A stretch of DNA of 40,687 nt from a virus. Its lineage: Duplodnaviria > Caudoviricetes. The stretch covers positions 1-40,687 of IMG/VR virus record IMGVR_UViG_3300026737_000004, one strand, 5' to 3'. The notes beneath the pieces are model-generated. The model was not told the origin of the DNA and made no database searches. It worked only from the letters and a program-made list of their open reading frames with translations. Below, in pieces: positions 36,230-40,687 of this stretch. A program made the translations under genes and the position numbers. Position 1 is the stretch's first letter; every line of letters begins with the position of its first letter.

Positions 36230-37052
36230 ATGCAGCTTAAAAAAATGGAAGACTAGAAAAAACTCAGGAGTAGTAAGCCTGATCATAAAAGATATACCAG
36301 ATGGATTTGATAAATTTGAAGATAAACCATTAATTGTGAACTTCAATCAGATGGCCCTGGCCTCAGCTAAAATCAAAAATATAGAACAGTTGGCTAATGG
36401 AGATCATGAAGTTATATTGATAACTGGGAAAGACAGTAAAAGGATTTTGATTAATGTTGGACCAAAATTCAAAGAGATGGAAGAAATCAGAGTTAAATTT
36501 GAGATAAATGAAAAAGAGCAGAAAAGATTAATGGAAATGATAACTGACAACCAGAGAAAGAAAGCATTTGCAGTCATTAAAGATATGGGTGACTCAATAG
36601 GTTATGAAAAGATGGAGATGAAAGAGGCCCTGATTATGAGGTTTGCTGAGGTTTCGGAGCATGGGGAAATAAGTCTATCAGATTGTTCTAAGACTGCTGC
36701 AGCTGATTTTATTGATTTTTCGATAAGGTTAGGTTATGAGTTGGGAGTGCAGTGGGAAGAAAACCCCAGAAAGAGATTAGACAGCTTAGATAGATGGTTA
36801 AGGATGTGCCTGGATAAGAAAATATGTGCTGTCAGTACTAAGCCAGGTAAAAACTACTATATAGACAATTCAGGCGAGATAGTCCATGTTCATCATGGTA
36901 ATAATATTGGAATGGGAAGAAACAGGCAAAAAATTGATGACAGTGAGTTGGAGAAAATATGTTTATCGGCTGAATACCACTATATAGCTCACAAAATGGG
37001 CTGGGAATCATTCAAAAAGAAGTATCATGTTTATGCTATTGTTTATCCTTGA
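36219..37052 (+). CDS. Putative HNHc-type nuclease (DUF968-like C-terminus); start ATG 36219
   Basis: ITDNQRKK.FA..KD, SLSDCSK..A..FID, C.....CAV, HVHH...IGMGRNR, ICLSAEYH..AH..GW..F..KYH. Confidence 0.75.
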   Translation: MIFRCSLKKWKTRKNSGVVSLIIKDIPDGFDKFEDKPLIVNFNQMALASAKIKNIEQLANGDHEVILITGKDSKRILINVGPKFKEMEEIRVKFEINEKEQKRLMEMITDNQRKKAFAVIKDMGDSIGYEKMEMKEALIMRFAEVSEHGEISLSDCSKTAAADFIDFSIRLGYELGVQWEENPRKRLDSLDRWLRMCLDKKICAVSTKPGKNYYIDNSGEIVHVHHGNNIGMGRNRQKIDDSELEKICLSAEYHYIAHKMGWESFKKKYHVYAIVYP

Positions 37053-37079
37053 TGGCCCGGGCAATGAAAGGAGATAATA

Positions 37080-37319
37080 ATGCCTGATTTAAAAGTTTAT
37101 TGTACTAAAGATTGGTATTTAAGTTATATGATCACTGGCAGAGTTATAGCATGTAGTCCAGGCACCAGAAATGAATTATTGCTTGAAGATAGAAAAACAC
37201 ATGATGATTTGAATGTTAGACTTTCTATCGACAAGAAAAGCCATAAAATAAGCAAAATTGATAAAGAGTGGTTAGGCTGTGAACCTGAGGGGAATTGGTA
37301 TGACATTATAAGGAGATGA
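37080..37319 (+). CDS. Hypothetical protein flanked by 23-bp direct repeats
   Basis: AAGGAG RBS; repeats at 37038-37060 and 37340-37362. Confidence 0.65.
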   Translation: MPDLKVYCTKDWYLSYMITGRVIACSPGTRNELLLEDRKTHDDLNVRLSIDKKSHKISKIDKEWLGCEPEGNWYDIIRR

Positions 37320-37379
37320 ATATTATGGAGAAGTTTGGAATTGTTTATCCGTGATGGCCCGGTAATTTGAGGTGAAATA

Positions 37380-37775
37380 ATGACAGAGAGAATGAGTGCT
37401 GCAGAATATAGAAAAAAGAAGGATCTATCAGAATATGATGAGCAAGTTAAGTTAGCAAATTATTTGGATATGAAAGGCTATTTGTGGTGCCATGTACCTA
37501 ATGGAGGAAACAGAGATGCTAAGACCGGCAGGAAAATGAAAATGCAGGGAGTTAAGCCGGGCGTGCCTGATGTACTGATATTTGATGATCCAACTTCTGA
37601 ATATACTATGAACTTTAGTGGAATAGCAATCGAATTAAAAAAAGCTAATGGAAAACCGTCAGATGTTAGAGAATCGCAAAAAGAATGGTTAAAAGCTTTA
37701 GAATGGAGAAACTGGCAAACTAAAATTGCTTTCGGAGCTGATGATGCAATTGAGTGGCTTGAAAAATTAGAATAG
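37380..37775 (+). CDS. VRR-NUC domain nuclease (Holliday junction resolvase-like)
   Basis: E..EQ, HVPNGG, GVKPGVPD, IELK...GK.S....QKEW. Confidence 0.88.
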   Translation: MTERMSAAEYRKKKDLSEYDEQVKLANYLDMKGYLWCHVPNGGNRDAKTGRKMKMQGVKPGVPDVLIFDDPTSEYTMNFSGIAIELKKANGKPSDVRESQKEWLKALEWRNWQTKIAFGADDAIEWLEKLE

Positions 37776-37828
37776 AAGAAATTTAGGGCGCTGGCCCGGT
37801 AATTAGAAAAAGAAAGGGGTTAATTATA

Positions 37829-38143
37829 ATGAATAGAAGCGAAATGTTATGTTTTTTAGAGGAACTGCTGGAAGAATCGGCAAAAATGAGTCATAAAACT
37901 GGCAAATCATTTTTGGAGGAGGGAATTGATGAACTGCAGGACAGGTTGGTTGCGGAAGACTATAATAGCAAGCCGATTAGTAATTTAGTTGTCAGAGTGA
38001 ATGCTGATACTTCAGAAGCTATGACCGAACTGGTTCAAATTGAAAGCAAATTAGAGAAAATTAATCAGCTTTTAGAAGAAATCAATGGTAAGTTTAAAAA
38101 TGAAAATACTATAAAAATAGGAGTTGAAGTTAATGGGCGATAG
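37829..38143 (+). CDS. Hypothetical coiled-coil protein
   Basis: AAGGGG RBS. Confidence 0.65.
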   Translation: MNRSEMLCFLEELLEESAKMSHKTGKSFLEEGIDELQDRLVAEDYNSKPISNLVVRVNADTSEAMTELVQIESKLEKINQLLEEINGKFKNENTIKIGVEVNGR

Positions 38144-38591
38144 AAATAAAGGTGCTGGCCCGGGGACCGGGAAAGAATTTCAAGAAAATATGATTGATAA
38201 GCTTTTAGATGAAACTAAGGAAATGAAAATATCTAAAGAAACTAAAATGGTTTTAAAAGAAATAATGACTAAAAAAACTTGCTTAAAGCAATTAGATAGA
38301 ATTATTAACGAAATTGAAACAATCCATAGAGGCAGACCATCTGAAAAGTTTTACTTTTTGCAGGCTTCTTTATTGTTTGCTAAAAAAAATCTTGAAGAAA
38401 ATACATTTCAATATAGCTTAGAAGATAAAGTGAAAATAATAAAAGATGGTCACTTTAAAGGGAAAACAGGGAAAATAATAAAAAGGCGCTTATCAAACTC
38501 TGCTACCAACAATTACATCCATTATAAATTAGATAGCATGGAACATTATTGGATATTAGAAGATAATTTAGAGGTGGTTGAGTATGCTTGA
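38133..38591 (+). CDS. Hypothetical protein with C-terminal KOW/SH3-like motif
   Basis: DKVKIIKDGHFKGKTGKII; AGGAG RBS before ATG 38133. Confidence 0.65.
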   Translation: MGDRNKGAGPGTGKEFQENMIDKLLDETKEMKISKETKMVLKEIMTKKTCLKQLDRIINEIETIHRGRPSEKFYFLQASLLFAKKNLEENTFQYSLEDKVKIIKDGHFKGKTGKIIKRRLSNSATNNYIHYKLDSMEHYWILEDNLEVVEYA

Positions 38592-38832
38592 CGAAGCCAG
38601 AAAAATATGCAAATATCAAGGAATTAAAACCCATATTCAAGTGCCGGTTATTTGCCCTCACTGTAGCCGGAGAACAATGATATTAGACAGTGTTAAGAAT
38701 AAAGGCACTTGCATTAGGTGTGGAAGAGAAAAGCCTATCAATGAGCTTTTGAGGGAAGAGGAAGCAGACTGGCTGGAAAGGCATAAAGGAACAGATATAA
38801 AAATGAGGACTAACAGGGGTGATTGCGGTTGA
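38578..38832 (+). CDS. Zn-ribbon hypothetical protein
   Basis: CPHC...CIRC. Confidence 0.65.
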   Translation: MSMLDEARKICKYQGIKTHIQVPVICPHCSRRTMILDSVKNKGTCIRCGREKPINELLREEEADWLERHKGTDIKMRTNRGDCG

Positions 38833-39119
38833 AAGTTGAAGATTTGTGGTATAGCAAAATAGGAAAGTTAGAAATAGATGTCGATTCTCTTAGAGATTTA
38901 GATTTAAAAGCTGCCAAAAAATTAAATAAAAAAATTATAGTTTTAAATGCAGAACATAATTTTATAAGCAATAAAATAATTTATACTGCAATATCTAATG
39001 AATTTGACAAAATAGAAAAAGGAGAAATTCACCCGATTTATCATGTTGAAGTAACCAAATTTGAAATTGAAAAAGATAATTTTGATTATGAAATAAAATT
39101 TGTTAGAGAAAGCGAGTGA
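38823..39119 (+). CDS. Hypothetical protein
   Basis: GGGGTGA RBS, TTG start. Confidence 0.65.
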   Translation: MRLKVEDLWYSKIGKLEIDVDSLRDLDLKAAKKLNKKIIVLNAEHNFISNKIIYTAISNEFDKIEKGEIHPIYHVEVTKFEIEKDNFDYEIKFVRESE

Positions 39120-39123
39120 TTAG

Positions 39124-39561
39124 ATGCAAGACTACTATTCGAGAGTGGTCAAAGAGTTACTTAACTACAAAGAATATAAACAGAGATGCGCTGTAATCAG
39201 AATAGAATTAGATGAATTAATCGAGTCAAATCGAGGGGTAAGTTATGAAGGAGTGAACGTTAAAGGCAGCAATGATTTTAGATCAGCTACAGAAAATGCA
39301 GTTATTAATCGGGATGAAAGCGAGCTCAAAGAAGAATTAAAAAGTAAAGAATGTATGATAGCCAAAATTGAAGAAGCTCTTGAAGGTTTATATACAATGG
39401 AAAGATTTGTAGTGGAAAAAAAATATATGAATGGGACTATTGAGAAAGATGTGAACATATATACTCACCCAAAATTTGAGTGGGGAAGAAACAAATATTA
39501 TGATTTTAAAGACCAGGCAATAGAAAAAATAGCAAGAATTCTCGGATATGCAAAAAAATAA
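39124..39561 (+). CDS. ArpU/RinA-family late transcriptional activator
   Basis: SATENAVI, IEEALEGL...ER.VVEKKY, YY..KDQAIEKIARILG; last early gene before HNH/terS. Confidence 0.82.
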   Translation: MQDYYSRVVKELLNYKEYKQRCAVIRIELDELIESNRGVSYEGVNVKGSNDFRSATENAVINRDESELKEELKSKECMIAKIEEALEGLYTMERFVVEKKYMNGTIEKDVNIYTHPKFEWGRNKYYDFKDQAIEKIARILGYAKK

Positions 39562-39615
39562 ACAGTTAGTAAACGATTAGTAAACATTTAAAGCTTTAAA
39601 AGATGATATATTAAT
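39561..39615 (+). promoter_or_regulatory. Putative activator-binding repeats and late promoter
   Basis: 11-bp period AAACAGTTAGT/AAACGATTAGT/AAACATTTAAA where a -35 would be, then TG-A-TATATT. Confidence 0.55.
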
Positions 39616-39665
39616 ATCATGGAAAGTATAAGATTTTTTCAATAACTTTCCTCCTTTATTGTTTT

Positions 39666-39697
39666 ACCCGGCTTGCCACCAGACGAGCTGGGTTTTT
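39666..39697 (+). terminator. Rho-independent terminator-like hairpin
   Basis: ACCCGGCTTG-CCACCAGA-CGAGCTGGGT-TTTT. Confidence 0.7.
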
Positions 39698-39812
39698 CTA
39701 TGCCACAAACTAATAATTACAGAAATCGTTGTGGGCGTCTGTTGGATACCTCTTTTATAGAATATACTACTGCCGGCCAGCCCAGCCGGTTTATACTTTG
39801 AGGTGTATTAAT

Positions 39813-39983
39813 ATGCCAACCTACAAATACAAATGCAAAAGTTGTGGGGAGTTTGAGGTTTTTCATAGCATTAATAATAAATTATATAACTGCCCAACTT
39901 GTGGAAATGAAGTTAAAAAAATCTTAACTAATTGTAATTTCATTTTAAAAGAAGGCAACTTCTATAAAAAGAGTGGTGATTAA
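39813..39983 (+). CDS. FmdB-family zinc-ribbon protein (start ATG 39813)
   Basis: MPTYKYKCKSCG.FEV...CPTCG..VKK.......KEGNFY; GAGGTG RBS. Confidence 0.8.
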   Translation: MPTYKYKCKSCGEFEVFHSINNKLYNCPTCGNEVKKILTNCNFILKEGNFYKKSGD

Positions 39984-39984
39984 T

Positions 39985-40368
39985 TTGCCAAGAAGATTAA
40001 ATAAGCCATGCTCTTATCCAGGATGCCCGGAACTTGTTAGTGCTGGCAATACTTACTGCGAAAAGCATAGAAAGAAAACTAAAAAAGCTAGAGATAAAGA
40101 ATATAACAGATATAGAAGGAATCCAAAGACCAGAAAATTTTATGGTTCATCAACCTGGAAGAAAGCCAGGGCTAGAAAATTATCTAAAGATCCTATCTGT
40201 GAATATTGTTTACCGGAAGATGTAACTCCAGCAACTGAAGTTGATCACATTATTCCAATTGAAGTTGATTGGTCATTAAGGTTAGTTGAAAGTAATTTTA
40301 AGAGTGCGTGCCACAGCTGCCATATGAAGAAGTCTGCTGAAGATAGGAGGAAATATGATGAGCTCTAA
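39985..40368 (+). CDS. Terminase-associated HNH endonuclease (start TTG 39985)
   Basis: PCSYPGC...YCEKH; FY.S..W...R; PICEYC...ATEVDHIIP...N...ACHSCH..K. Confidence 0.92.
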   Translation: MPRRLNKPCSYPGCPELVSAGNTYCEKHRKKTKKARDKEYNRYRRNPKTRKFYGSSTWKKARARKLSKDPICEYCLPEDVTPATEVDHIIPIEVDWSLRLVESNFKSACHSCHMKKSAEDRRKYDEL

Positions 40369-40519
40369 ACATCCATGCCCTTATCACGATACGCTCCGAT
40401 GCAGAATGATACAGCTTAGATATTATTTCAGACAATTATTAGATGAAATTGCCTGTATTTTAGGTATTAATAGGCTAATTTGCTGGTTAAACGACAATTT
40501 AAAGGGGGAGGGCGGGTAA
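40355..40519 (+). CDS. Small hypothetical protein (54 aa, not in ORF track)
   Basis: AGGAGG RBS; MMSSKHPCPYHDTLRCR... Confidence 0.5.
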   Translation: MMSSKHPCPYHDTLRCRMIQLRYYFRQLLDEIACILGINRLICWLNDNLKGEGG

Positions 40520-40546
40520 AATCCCTGTAATCTGATGAATTTCTGT

Positions 40547-40556
40547 CGCGGCGTCA
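40547..40556 (+). other. Candidate cos (3' cohesive end) site, about CGCGGCGTC(A)
   Basis: GC-rich patch between HNH and terS; the fold-back at contig start pivots at 40547. Confidence 0.55.
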
Positions 40557-40561
40557 GCTTA

Positions 40562-40687
40562 GCGTATACAAAATCCCCTTTTCAACATATCCCTTTTAAA
40601 TAAGTTGGAGGTGAAAAAATGTCCAGAAACGCAAAACCTATTTCGCTTAGCGTAATAGAGGGCGGTAAAAAACCGCACCGCAGTAAT
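40562..40687 (+). repeat. Terminal direct repeat copy (includes duplicated terS start at 40619)
   Basis: Identical to 25-150. Confidence 0.95.

Noticed and set aside
1-40687. Second VR elsewhere in the genome
   Set aside because: No other copy of the TR/IMH sequence found by eye; a BLASTN of TR against the window and the host would be needed to exclude remote targets.
40562-40687. Biological direct terminal repeat (T7-like)
   Set aside because: The 126-bp exact overlap ends mid-terS and fits an assembler k-mer overlap; terminase type and HNH indicate cos packaging.

Overview
The window is an apparently complete temperate siphophage genome. It is AT-rich with Firmicute-type RBSs. Bases 25-150 are repeated exactly at 40562-40687, so the unit length is about 40,537 bp. 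Gene order: P27-type TerS and TerL; portal fused to a MuF/gp7-like domain; HK97-type protease and capsid; head-tail genes; tail tube with an Fn3-like extension; tail chaperone with a -1 frameshift; tape measure; lambda-like tail tip (M/L/K/J-like); a complete diversity-generating retroelement (DGR); lysis cassette; attP and tyrosine integrase; CI/Cro switch; ParB-like gene; Xis; replication initiator; SSB; many small early genes; ArpU/RinA-like activator; HNH; and a probable cos site. The clearest special system is the DGR: Mtd-like target with VR 20112-20230, avd, TR 20668-20786, a structured spacer and an RT. All 7 VR/TR mismatches fall at TR adenines. More speculative leads: a non-lipoprotein two-component spanin-like pair suggesting a diderm Firmicute host (e.g. 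Halanaerobiales, inferred); an ATT start codon for the RT; an over-represented TGGCCCGG octamer; a dif-like attP core; a palindrome inside the orphan parB gene; and structured intergenic RNAs. All family assignments come from motifs and synteny read by eye, not from database searches.
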